Assembly (NCBI GenBank): GCA_965218295.1
Contig: CBDCKN010000013.1
Coordinates: forward strand, 96,001 to 160,000
DNA from: Longimicrobiales bacterium
GTDB taxonomy: Bacteria; Gemmatimonadota; Gemmatimonadetes; Longimicrobiales; Gaopeijiaceae
Reading direction: 5' to 3'
Length of the DNA stretch: 64,000 bases
The notes under the pieces are model-generated. The model was not told the DNA's origin. It saw nothing but the letters and a program-made list of their open reading frames with translations, and made no database searches. Shown here piece by piece: positions 19,847-28,568 of the stretch. Position 1 is the first letter of the stretch. Each line of letters opens with the position of its first letter. The translations under genes and the position numbers were made by a program.

Positions 19847-21244
19847 TCATGAGCGAGCGACGAGGACAGGAGCGTCCCGCAGCTCGCCGACGCGCAGCTC
19901 GCCTACGAACGTCGCCCCGCTGGTAGCGGTCAGGGAGACCGTCTGATAGGTGCCGATGAGCTCGGTCGAGCCCGGGAAGGCCACCACCTTGTTCCGCCCC
20001 GTGCGGCCGAGGATCTGCCCCGGCTTGCGCGCGGTCTTCTCCACCAGGACTTCTTCGACCCGCCCCACTTCACCCCGGTTGATCTCACCCTGGATCTCGC
20101 GATGGACCTCGATGAGTCGCTCGAGGCGTCCCTGAGCCTCGTCATCGGCAATGAAGTCTTCGGCCGGGAGTCGCGTGGCGGGAGTCCCCTCACGCGGCGA
20201 ATACCGATACGTGTAGGCGTCGTCGAACCGCACTTCGCGTAAGACGTCCAACGTGTCCTCGAACTCCTCACGCGACTCGCCAGGGAAGGCCACGATGACG
20301 TCCGTAGAGAGGGCGATGTCGGGTATGGCCCGTCGGGCCAGCTCCACCTTCTCCAGGAATCTCTCCACCGTGTAGCGACGCAGCATGCGCTTCAGCACGC
20401 GGTCGTTCCCCGACTGGAGGGGTAGATGCAGCTGCTCGCAGATGGCGGGCTCCTCGGCCATCACCCCCAGGAGCTGCGGAGTCACGTCGTTGGGGTGGGG
20501 CGACGTAAAGCGCACCCGCCGAAGACCGGGGATCCGAGCCACGGACCGGAGCAGGTCGGTGAACGACACCTCCCCCGATCGATACGAGTTCACGGTCTGT
20601 CCCAGAAGCGTCACCTCGGTCAGGCCCGAGGCAGCGATCTCTTCGATCTCCTCGAGGACCGCTTCGGGTCGACGGTTCTTTTCCGGGCCCCGAACGTAGG
20701 GCACGATGCAGAACGTGCACCGGTGATCGCAGCCTCTCTGGATCGGCACCCAGGCAGAGATCCGGGACGTCCGGCGTTGTGACAGGCCCTCGTAGCTCTC
20801 GGCCGGGTTCAGGTCCAGGACGGCAAGCTGGGGCCCCCGCTTCTTGCTCGATCGGGAAGGCCTGGCCCGGCGCCCTTCTTCCAGGGCCTCGAGTCGCTCG
20901 GGGAGGGATCGATACCCGTCGGGGCCCATGACGAGATCGACGAGGGGGGCCTGCTTCAGGAGGACGTCACCCATCCGCTGGGCCATGCACCCCGTGACGC
21001 CGATGATGACCTCGGGCCGCTCCCGCTTCAGCCCGGAGAGCTGCCCCACCCTGCCCAGCACCCGCTTCTCCGCATGCTCGCGGATCGCACAGGTGTTGAC
21101 CAGAATGACGTCGGCCTCCTCGGGTGAGGAAGCGATCTCATACCCCTGATCGGCCAGGATCCCCTCCATCAGCTCGCCGTCGCTGATGTTCATCTGGCAG
21201 CCGTACGTCTCGACGTAGGCCCGCTTCCTGGGTCTCGAGGTCAT
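19847..21244 (-). CDS. miaB: tRNA i6A37 methylthiotransferase MiaB
   Basis: ETYGCQMN.SD, NTCAIREHAE, GCDHRCTFCIVP radical SAM motif, C-terminal TRAM domain. Confidence 0.96.
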   Translation of the reverse strand: MTSRPRKRAYVETYGCQMNISDGELMEGILADQGYEIASSPEEADVILVNTCAIREHAEKRVLGRVGQLSGLKRERPEVIIGVTGCMAQRMGDVLLKQAPLVDLVMGPDGYRSLPERLEALEEGRRARPSRSSKKRGPQLAVLDLNPAESYEGLSQRRTSRISAWVPIQRGCDHRCTFCIVPYVRGPEKNRRPEAVLEEIEEIAASGLTEVTLLGQTVNSYRSGEVSFTDLLRSVARIPGLRRVRFTSPHPNDVTPQLLGVMAEEPAICEQLHLPLQSGNDRVLKRMLRRYTVERFLEKVELARRAIPDIALSTDVIVAFPGESREEFEDTLDVLREVRFDDAYTYRYSPREGTPATRLPAEDFIADDEAQGRLERLIEVHREIQGEINRGEVGRVEEVLVEKTARKPGQILGRTGRNKVVAFPGSTELIGTYQTVSLTATSGATFVGELRVGELRDAPVLVARS

Positions 21245-22584
21245 GCCGAAGTCAGTTGTGGATGCAGTGACAAGTCCATGTCGGAGGGAGCCGACGGATC
21301 GAGCTCAATATACAGGTCTTGGCCTAGCCCCCGTAACCGACCCCTGTGCAGTCGTCCCAGATGCGACGCTCCCACCCCTCTGGCACCCACACGCAAGTAG
21401 TCACCTGTGAGGGCCAAACGGCCCTGGGCCTCCAGCGTCACCTCGGCGCTCTCGCCGGAGCGGGAGCTCCGGTATCGCCGGCCTTTCTCCTGGGCCAGCG
21501 TCCTTATCGCTCGGCTCCGCTCCCCGGCGATGCGCTGGGGCACGGGGTTCGGGAGCTGTGCGGCCTCGGTGCCGTCCTTGGGTGAGAAGGGGAAGACGTG
21601 GAGGTAGGTGTATGGGAGCTCCTCGACCAGTCTCATCGTGGCTTCGTGATCATCTCCCGTCTCGCCCGGAAAACCGGTGATCACGTCTGCGCCGAGGCCG
21701 AAGCGCGAGAGTCTCGCCGCGATCTCGAGGGTCCGGGCCCGGTAGGTCTCCCTGGTATGCCAGCGCCTCATGCGGCGGAGCACCGGATCGGCCCCACTCT
21801 GGAGGGGCATATGGAGGTGAGGGGCCACCCGGCCTCTCGAGGTGGCCATCAGCTCCAGGAGGAGCTCGTCGACCTCCGTGGCTTCGATACTGCCGAGGCG
21901 AAAGCGGACGTCCGGCACCTGGTCCAGAAGTCGGGCCAGCAGCTCCGAGAGCGTGAGTGACACGTCCAGGTCACGCCCGTAGTGGCCGATGTGGATGCCG
22001 GTAAGAACCAGCTCCGGATGATGCCCGGCGAGGACCGAGGCCTCGCGAATCACCACCTCGGGCGGTCGCGAGCGGCTCGTGCCCCTGGCCAATCGCGTGG
22101 CGCAGAAGGAGCAGCGTCGGTCGCAACCGTCCTGGATCTTCAGCCAACCCCTCGTGGCCCCCTCCCTGCGCGTCAGGATAGACGCGCCCACAGGCTCCAG
22201 GTCCAACCGATCCAGGCTTCGCTGCATGCCGAGCTGGACCAGCCCGCCGTGGACGTCCACCACGGCCCGGGCCAGCTCCACGGGATCGTGGCCCGCCACG
22301 ACGGCCTCGACCTCGCTCATGGCCTCGTACTCGGCCGCCCTGAGCGCGGCGGAGCACCCCGCTACGATCACTCGAGCCTCGGGTCTCTCCCTCCGGAGCC
22401 GGCGGATGAAGCGGCGAGCCTCGGCGTCGGCGGCGTTGGTCACCGTGCAGGTGTTCACCACGCATACCTCGGCGGGGGAGTCTCCATTTACCGTACGGGC
22501 GCCCCGGGCTTCCAGCTCCTGCCGCATACGCTCCGTGTCGTACTGGTTGGCCTTGCAACCGAAGGTGTGATATAGGACCCTCAT
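21241..22584 (-). CDS. mtaB: MtaB-like tRNA methylthiotransferase
   Basis: TFGCKANQYD, NTCTVT, LKIQDGCDRRCSFC, YLHVFPFSP. Confidence 0.85.
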   Translation of the reverse strand: MRVLYHTFGCKANQYDTERMRQELEARGARTVNGDSPAEVCVVNTCTVTNAADAEARRFIRRLRRERPEARVIVAGCSAALRAAEYEAMSEVEAVVAGHDPVELARAVVDVHGGLVQLGMQRSLDRLDLEPVGASILTRREGATRGWLKIQDGCDRRCSFCATRLARGTSRSRPPEVVIREASVLAGHHPELVLTGIHIGHYGRDLDVSLTLSELLARLLDQVPDVRFRLGSIEATEVDELLLELMATSRGRVAPHLHMPLQSGADPVLRRMRRWHTRETYRARTLEIAARLSRFGLGADVITGFPGETGDDHEATMRLVEELPYTYLHVFPFSPKDGTEAAQLPNPVPQRIAGERSRAIRTLAQEKGRRYRSSRSGESAEVTLEAQGRLALTGDYLRVGARGVGASHLGRLHRGRLRGLGQDLYIELDPSAPSDMDLSLHPQLTSA

Positions 22585-22597
22585 GTCGCCTGCCGCC

Positions 22598-23776
22598 TCA
22601 GCGGCCTCCGACCCGGACCGTGAGGGTGAGTCGGCGGAATCTCTCGTCCAGGTCACCAGCGCTACGGCTTCCTATCTCCACGGCGGCATCCACGGTGGCC
22701 AGGGGGACTCCAAGGGCCTGGGCCACGACGATGGAGAACCCGCCCGAGATGGTGTTCTCCGCCGCGCTCTCTCCCTTGAACAGGAAGGGGAACTCGGTGT
22801 GCCGATAACCCAGGCGGAGCGGCAGCTCGCCGGCCCAGAAGCTCCCGGCCCGCCATTGGAGGCCTGCTCCAAGGGTGATGACCCTTCCGACGGCGAGCGC
22901 ATCGATCTCGGGATTGCCCAGATCCGCCCAATTCGCGGTGGAAAGACCCGCCGTCAGCGAAAGCGCGGGGCTCAAGATAGTCGTGGCCGCCACCCGGATC
23001 TCCAGGGGAGCCGAAACCTCGATCGTCCCACCCTCGGTTATCCCCACCGGCTCTCCGCTGATGGTCCCCGACCAGCCCAGAGACGCACCCAGCTGCACCA
23101 CATCCATGGGATCCCAGGATGCGTTCACAGAAGCGACGGGACCCGAGTACGTCCACCTTCCCGCGTCGCCGTAAGGGGCGATCTGGGTTGCCACCTCGAG
23201 GCTGTCCAGCTCCCTGTCGAACGACCGGTTGAAGGTCCGGTCGACATGGCCGCGGTAGAGGCCGGCGGAGGCACCGACGGCAAAGGTCGTCGAAAGGCGC
23301 CGGGCGAAGCCGACTCGAAGCGCGGACACGCCGCCATCGGAGCGGAACGTGTCGGTGATGGGAATCGACTCTCCCGACACGTCGACGGTGCCCTGGGTCA
23401 CGGCGGTCCAGCGCTGCTCGAAGACGCTTCCGGCCGTCACCGTCAAGACGCTCTGAATACCCAGGGGGTACGCGAACCCCAGAATCGGGAAGCGAGTCCC
23501 CCGGAAGTCGCCCTCTTCGGATCCCAGGGTGTAGTCACCCCATGTGGGTTGGATCGTAAACGTCACCGTAGGAGCCAGCAGATCGAGGGAAGCCGTGGGC
23601 TCGCCGGGAAGGACCGACGCCGTCCCGGCTGCCGGGCCTACCCCACCCAGAGCGCGCTGCACCGCGTCCAGAGGCTCGGCTCGAATGCCGAGCCCTCCTG
23701 CTCCCAGGATGGATTGGCCCGCGCTCACACCGGGCAGGCCCGCCATCAAGCAGAACAGGATCCAGGCACGCCTCAT
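22598..23776 (-). CDS. Putative outer-membrane beta-barrel protein (FadL/OmpP1-like)
   Basis: Signal peptide; G.G...A..ALGG N-terminal plug-like motif; alternating hydrophobic beta strands. Confidence 0.5.
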   Translation of the reverse strand: MRRAWILFCLMAGLPGVSAGQSILGAGGLGIRAEPLDAVQRALGGVGPAAGTASVLPGEPTASLDLLAPTVTFTIQPTWGDYTLGSEEGDFRGTRFPILGFAYPLGIQSVLTVTAGSVFEQRWTAVTQGTVDVSGESIPITDTFRSDGGVSALRVGFARRLSTTFAVGASAGLYRGHVDRTFNRSFDRELDSLEVATQIAPYGDAGRWTYSGPVASVNASWDPMDVVQLGASLGWSGTISGEPVGITEGGTIEVSAPLEIRVAATTILSPALSLTAGLSTANWADLGNPEIDALAVGRVITLGAGLQWRAGSFWAGELPLRLGYRHTEFPFLFKGESAAENTISGGFSIVVAQALGVPLATVDAAVEIGSRSAGDLDERFRRLTLTVRVGGR

Positions 23777-25116
23777 GGGAGCCTCACCCTTCCAGCCACG
23801 GTCAGGAGCAGTCGTAGTATGGGGGCCCTGGGGCTGCCTGGCCCATGGAAGGATGCGAACCCGAGTGCAGGTGGCTCGAAGAAGCTGAGGAAAACGACGG
23901 TGTTCGGCGTGTTGGCCAGCGTGGCGGAGTCGCCGAGCATGAGGTCCGTTATGAGACCCGTCACAGGAAAGGCGATCTGGGTATTCGCCGCGTCGGTGAA
24001 CAGCTCGGGTTGGACTCGCTTGCCGAAGGCCCCGGACAGCTGTCCACCGAAAGGAGACTTGGGAAGGAGCTCCGGGTTGACCACCGGGCGTAGATCGAGG
24101 TTCAGGCTGGCGAAGAGCTCGTATGCCGGATTGATCTCCCGGGTGGTCAACACCAGCTCAGCCAGATTCACCTGTGCGTCGGCCTCGCGGAGGTCGAAGG
24201 GGCACGCTACGATGGCGCACACCTCAGGAGGGCCGTCGAGCACGCGCGGAACGTCGAGGCTTATGACGGTCCGCCAGGACGGGGCTCCCCCGACCCTCAG
24301 ACCCTCGGTGGGTGGCCCCGGAAGTGGGTCGTAGATGAAGCTGCTCTCACCGGCGACGGCGGTCACCTCTACCAGGCTGTCCGGAGGCATGCTGGGCTGC
24401 ACGATCAGCCTGAGGCGGGCAGCCTCCACGATGATGCGCCGGCCCGGATCGTCTAGAGCTATCAGCACGCCTCGTGAGGCATCGGAGGGATCCGCCCACG
24501 CGGCGATCTGCGCCGAGTCCACCGCGATGCTCACAGAGTCGTTGAAGGGGATCGTGTCGCCTGCGGGCCGGCCGAGCTGACGGTCGAAGGTGCCGGACCC
24601 GATGGGTACCGTGAACCCCCCACCGGGCTGCAGCCACTCCGTACGCTCCGCCAGCGTATCGACCGCCACCTCCCAGTTCACGGTGCGCACGTCCCAGCGC
24701 TGCTGGAGGGCGGATGCGCTGACGTCGGCCGGGCCGAGCGCCACGCCTTGCACGGTGTCGAAGAACAGGACGAGCCGTCCGCCGATCAGGGAGAACTCCT
24801 TGTCGTACGTAGCGACGCTGGTAGCCGCGTCGAAGAGGCGCACGGAATCGGGGTAGGTGCCGAAACGAATCAGGACCCTGGAATTCAGCCCCTGGAAGTC
24901 CTTTGCGAGAATACCGCGGCCCATGGTCGCCGGGGTTCCGTAGCCTCCGAGCACCTGTACGCCGTCGGTGAACTCCTCGAACGGCAGCAGCACCTCTACG
25001 GTCCGAGGGTTCAGGTCATCGACGACGTCCTCGACGGAGGCAGTCGGGTTCTTTTCCGTGCATCCCGCGAGGACCACGGCAAGAAGGGCCCCGTATGTCG
25101 CCAAGGTTCGCTTCAA
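23773..25116 (-). CDS. Hypothetical lipoprotein, beta-rich
   Basis: TTG start overlapping the cdd stop; MKRT...VVLAGC lipobox. Confidence 0.6.
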   Translation of the reverse strand: MKRTLATYGALLAVVLAGCTEKNPTASVEDVVDDLNPRTVEVLLPFEEFTDGVQVLGGYGTPATMGRGILAKDFQGLNSRVLIRFGTYPDSVRLFDAATSVATYDKEFSLIGGRLVLFFDTVQGVALGPADVSASALQQRWDVRTVNWEVAVDTLAERTEWLQPGGGFTVPIGSGTFDRQLGRPAGDTIPFNDSVSIAVDSAQIAAWADPSDASRGVLIALDDPGRRIIVEAARLRLIVQPSMPPDSLVEVTAVAGESSFIYDPLPGPPTEGLRVGGAPSWRTVISLDVPRVLDGPPEVCAIVACPFDLREADAQVNLAELVLTTREINPAYELFASLNLDLRPVVNPELLPKSPFGGQLSGAFGKRVQPELFTDAANTQIAFPVTGLITDLMLGDSATLANTPNTVVFLSFFEPPALGFASFHGPGSPRAPILRLLLTVAGRVRLP

Positions 25117-25517
25117 ACCGACTTCCTCGGACTCTGATCCGCTTCCAGGTGGAACCGCTCCGGGAGGAGAGCATCCAGGCTCCACTCCCGGCACACACCA
25201 CTCGACTCCGACACGATCGGAAGACTCGGGGAAAACTCGCCGAGTACCTGCCGGCAGGCACCGCACGGAGCGCGTGGATCACCCTGCTCGACGCTCAAGG
25301 CCAGCCGCCGAAACTCCTGATGGCCCGCTGCCACAGCAGCCGCCACCGCCGATTGCTCCGCGCAGATGGTCAGTCCGAGCGAAGCATTTTCGACGTTGCA
25401 CCCGACGAAGACGGTACCGTCCGCCGCCTCCAGCGCCGCGCCGACCCGAAATCCCGAATACGGCGCGTATGCACTTTCCCGGACCCGGGCAGCGGCCTCC
25501 AGCAGCCTATCGGTCAC
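25113..25517 (-). CDS. cdd: Cytidine deaminase
   Basis: AYAPYS.FRVGAA, GCNVENAS, ICAE, PCGACRQ. Confidence 0.95.
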   Translation of the reverse strand: MTDRLLEAAARVRESAYAPYSGFRVGAALEAADGTVFVGCNVENASLGLTICAEQSAVAAAVAAGHQEFRRLALSVEQGDPRAPCGACRQVLGEFSPSLPIVSESSGVCREWSLDALLPERFHLEADQSPRKSV

Positions 25518-26688
25518 CGCCGGCCCCTGTCCAAATCCTGGGAAGCCGGCTCGTGAGTCCCGTGAGGATCTCATAGCTGATCGTGCCCGCCTGTACCGCT
25601 ACTTCGTCCACCGTGATCCGTGCCTCTCCATCCGTTCCGAGCAACGTAGCCGTATCACCCACCACCACGTCGTCGTCGTCCGAGATGTCTACCACCGTCA
25701 GGTCCATCGAGATCCGTCCGACGATCGGCACTCGCCGCCCGCGAAGGAGCGCGCTTCCTCGATTCCCGAGGATTCGCGGGAGACCGTCGCCGTACCCGAT
25801 CCCCAGAGTCGCCCATCGCTCACTCCCACGGGCCCGGTACGTGGCCCCGTAACCCAGCGTAGTACCCTCGGGCACCTCTCGGATGAGGGTCACGCGTGCC
25901 CGGAGCTGCACCACCTCGTCGGGAGGTGCCACACCCGCTCCCACGGCACCGCCATAGAGGAAGATCCCCGGCCGTACCGCATCCGCCGCCAAAGACGGGT
26001 ATCGTAGGGCTGCCGCCCCGTTGCAGGCGTGAATCAGTCCAACCCCCCGGCCGGCCAGCCTAACGCTGGCTGGCCCATCGCGAGCCAACCCGTCCAGAGC
26101 CTCTCGAAAGCGCCGCCACTGCTCCGAGGTGGAGTCGTCACCCGCCACGTCGGCCGAGTGGAAGTGCGTGTAGCAGCCCTCCCAGACCAGCGGATCGCTC
26201 AGGCGCTCCGCCAATGCCGGACCCCACTCCCCGATCCGCCGCCAATCGAACCCGGAGCGCCCCATCCCCGTGTCGATCTCCACGTGGAAGCGGGCCTCTC
26301 GCCCCAACCACTCTGCGGACGCGGCGAGTCGATCGAGGGCGTCCACCTCCGAGAGGGTCGGCGTGAGCGCCTCGGCCACCGCGAGATCATAGGCCTCTGG
26401 TAGGAGAGGGCTGACGATCACGACCGGCTTCACCACTCCCCCGGCCCTGAGGCGTGCGCCCTCTTCCACCGTCGCCACGCCGTAGCCCCAGGGACCTTCG
26501 GGCTCCAAGGCCCGCACCACGGCCTGCATTCCGAGACCGTACGCATCGGCCTTCACCATCGGGATGATGGCCGAAGCGGGTCCGACGGATTCCCGGATCC
26601 GGCGGAAGTTCCTGCGCAGAGCCCCGCCTCGGACCTCGACCCAGGACCTGCCAGGCGCATCCACGGCGGCCTGCTCGTCCGTTGACAT
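25507..26688 (-). CDS. alr: Alanine racemase
   Basis: VKADAYG, DTGMGRSG, RPGIFLYG, GYGDG, GRISMD, TISYEIL. Confidence 0.96.
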   Translation of the reverse strand: MSTDEQAAVDAPGRSWVEVRGGALRRNFRRIRESVGPASAIIPMVKADAYGLGMQAVVRALEPEGPWGYGVATVEEGARLRAGGVVKPVVIVSPLLPEAYDLAVAEALTPTLSEVDALDRLAASAEWLGREARFHVEIDTGMGRSGFDWRRIGEWGPALAERLSDPLVWEGCYTHFHSADVAGDDSTSEQWRRFREALDGLARDGPASVRLAGRGVGLIHACNGAAALRYPSLAADAVRPGIFLYGGAVGAGVAPPDEVVQLRARVTLIREVPEGTTLGYGATYRARGSERWATLGIGYGDGLPRILGNRGSALLRGRRVPIVGRISMDLTVVDISDDDDVVVGDTATLLGTDGEARITVDEVAVQAGTISYEILTGLTSRLPRIWTGAGGDR

Positions 26689-26760
26689 AGACGTGGAAAA
26701 AAGCGAAAAGATAAGCCTTGATCAAGGTCCGTTCCCCCCGAACACGAGTGACCATCCGAT

Positions 26761-27552
26761 ATGAGCGGCGACGCCGAGACACTACCCCCGCACGACTTCG
26801 GGCCAGGAACGCTGGATCGCGCCCTGGAGCTGATCCGGTTCCTTCGCGAGCACTGCCCGTGGGATCGCGCCCAGACCCCGGAAAGCCTGGTTCCGCACCT
26901 CCTGGAAGAGAGCCATGAGGTGGTGGACGCCATTCGCGGTAGGCGGGACGAGGATCTCGAGGGCGAACTCGGAGACCTGCTGCTCAACCTGGCGTTCCAG
27001 ATCGTTCTCGGAGAAGAGCGCGAGGCGTTCACATCGGGCTCCGTCTCGAGGCGGCTCGAGGAGAAGATGAAGCGGCGGCACCCTCACCTCTTCGGCCTGG
27101 GGGAGAGAGTCGACTGGGAAGTGCTCAAGGCGCGAGAGCGCGAGGACGGCGCATCGCTCCTGACCGGCCTCCCGGAGGCCCTGGACCCCCTGCACCGGGC
27201 CCACCGGATCCAGGACCGCGTCAGCGGCGTAGGCTTCGACTGGCCTGACGCCTCGGGAGCATGGGAGAAGGTCAGCGAGGAGCTCGAGGAGGTGAAGGAC
27301 AGCCTGACCGGAGAGGATCCGGTCCACCTCGAGGAGGAGCTAGGAGACCTGCTCTTCGCCATGGTGAACCTGGTGCGCCTCACCGGAGGTCACTCGGCCA
27401 CGTCACTGGAGCGTGCGAACCGGAAGTTCACACGCCGATTCGAACGCTTGGAGGCGGTGGCCGCGGAGCGGAACGTGGTCCTGGGCGAGGCGACCCTCGA
27501 AGAGCTGGATGCCATCTGGGACGAGATCAAGTCCAATCCTTCCCAGTCATGA
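26761..27552 (+). CDS. mazG: Nucleoside triphosphate pyrophosphohydrolase MazG
   Basis: CPWDRAQT, EES.EV, ELGDLL twice, RRHPH, GFDW, ANRKF.RRF. Confidence 0.95.
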   Translation: MSGDAETLPPHDFGPGTLDRALELIRFLREHCPWDRAQTPESLVPHLLEESHEVVDAIRGRRDEDLEGELGDLLLNLAFQIVLGEEREAFTSGSVSRRLEEKMKRRHPHLFGLGERVDWEVLKAREREDGASLLTGLPEALDPLHRAHRIQDRVSGVGFDWPDASGAWEKVSEELEEVKDSLTGEDPVHLEEELGDLLFAMVNLVRLTGGHSATSLERANRKFTRRFERLEAVAAERNVVLGEATLEELDAIWDEIKSNPSQS

Positions 27553-27555
27553 GGT

Positions 27556-27587
27556 CGCCCCCACGTTGCCGCGGAAACGTGGGGGCG
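27556..27587. repeat. 32-bp near-perfect palindrome downstream of mazG
   Basis: cgcccccaCGTTGCCGCGGAAACGtgggggcg with one mismatched pair; no U-tract. Confidence 0.85.
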
Positions 27588-27635
27588 GGCTGCCCTCCGT
27601 GTGGCTGCGGATGTGCCTGTACATTACTTTCCGTC

Positions 27636-28508
27636 ATGCGTACCCGACTCCCCACGCTTGGCGCGCTTCCTCTCCTCACTCACGCGATGTCGGCTGGTCT
27701 CGCTCTCGCCACGGCACCGGCCTCGTTGACGGCCCAGTGGGTCGAGCCGCCAGGGACAGGGTGGGCCTCTTTCGCGCTCTACCACCAAAACACTCGCGAG
27801 GCATATAACTTCGAGGGTGTGGTTGGCACGTTCCCGGGAGACGGGCACGCGGTCGCGACCTCGTCCTTTCTGACCCTCGCACTCGGACTGATCGAGGGCA
27901 TCGACGGGTGGGCTCAGTTCTCCTTCCAGCGGCTTCGTTTCGACGACCTCTTGGGCATGAGGACATCCACCGGCGTGGGTGACTTTCGCCTCTACGCGCG
28001 CGCGAGCCCGCTGCGGATCTTCGGTGTGACCACGCCCGTAGCGATCCGCGCAGGTGTGAAGCTACCCGTGGGCGACTTCGACGTGGGCTCCAACATCATC
28101 CCTCTCGGAGATGGTCAGCGCGACTGGGAGTTGATTCTCGAGCTTGGGCACTCATTCTATCCGAATCCGACCTATGTGGTGGCCTGGATCGGATATCGCT
28201 GGAGAGACGACGCGACGGAGGACGACCGTGCCTTCGGAGACGAGCGGTTCTTCTATACAGCCGTCGGCGGGGAAGTGGGCCCGATCGGATACAAGGTGGG
28301 CTTCGAGGGATGGTTCGGGAAAACGCCGGTCTTCCGTGGCCTCGAAACGCCGGGCGCCAAGCGGGAGATGCTCCGGCTGAGTCCTTCTCTGCTGATCCCG
28401 GCCGGCCCCGGGCAAATCGAGATCGGGGCCCGTCTACCGCTCGATGGGAAGAACTTGCCTGCTGGGAGCGACGTCGTCGTGGGGTACTTCACTCGACTCG
28501 GCTTCTAG
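27636..28508 (+). CDS. Hypothetical outer-membrane protein (MetA-pathway/'transporter'-like barrel)
   Basis: Signal peptide, TGVGD, VKLPVG, LGDGQRD.EL, C-terminal Phe. Confidence 0.5.
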   Translation: MRTRLPTLGALPLLTHAMSAGLALATAPASLTAQWVEPPGTGWASFALYHQNTREAYNFEGVVGTFPGDGHAVATSSFLTLALGLIEGIDGWAQFSFQRLRFDDLLGMRTSTGVGDFRLYARASPLRIFGVTTPVAIRAGVKLPVGDFDVGSNIIPLGDGQRDWELILELGHSFYPNPTYVVAWIGYRWRDDATEDDRAFGDERFFYTAVGGEVGPIGYKVGFEGWFGKTPVFRGLETPGAKREMLRLSPSLLIPAGPGQIEIGARLPLDGKNLPAGSDVVVGYFTRLGF

Positions 28509-28517
28509 TTGGAGGCC

Positions 28518-28568
28518 GGGCCGGCTCGTCAACTGGGCCGGCTCGTCAACTGGGCCGGCTCGTCAACT
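28518..28568. repeat. Perfect 17-bp x3 tandem repeat GGGCCGGCTCGTCAACT overlapping the msrP stop
   Basis: Units at 28518, 28535 and 28552. Confidence 0.95.

Noticed and set aside
26716..26744. CCTTGATCAAGG palindrome and GTTC-N5-GAAC as FNR or LexA boxes between alr and mazG
   Set aside because: Spacing does not fit TTGAT-N4-ATCAA or the LexA boxes I know; the LexA motif for this lineage is unknown to me
28518..28568. Short repeats as a CRISPR array (also 16928-16974, 16541-16648, 31157-31315)
   Set aside because: Directly abutting units with no unique spacers, and no cas genes in the window
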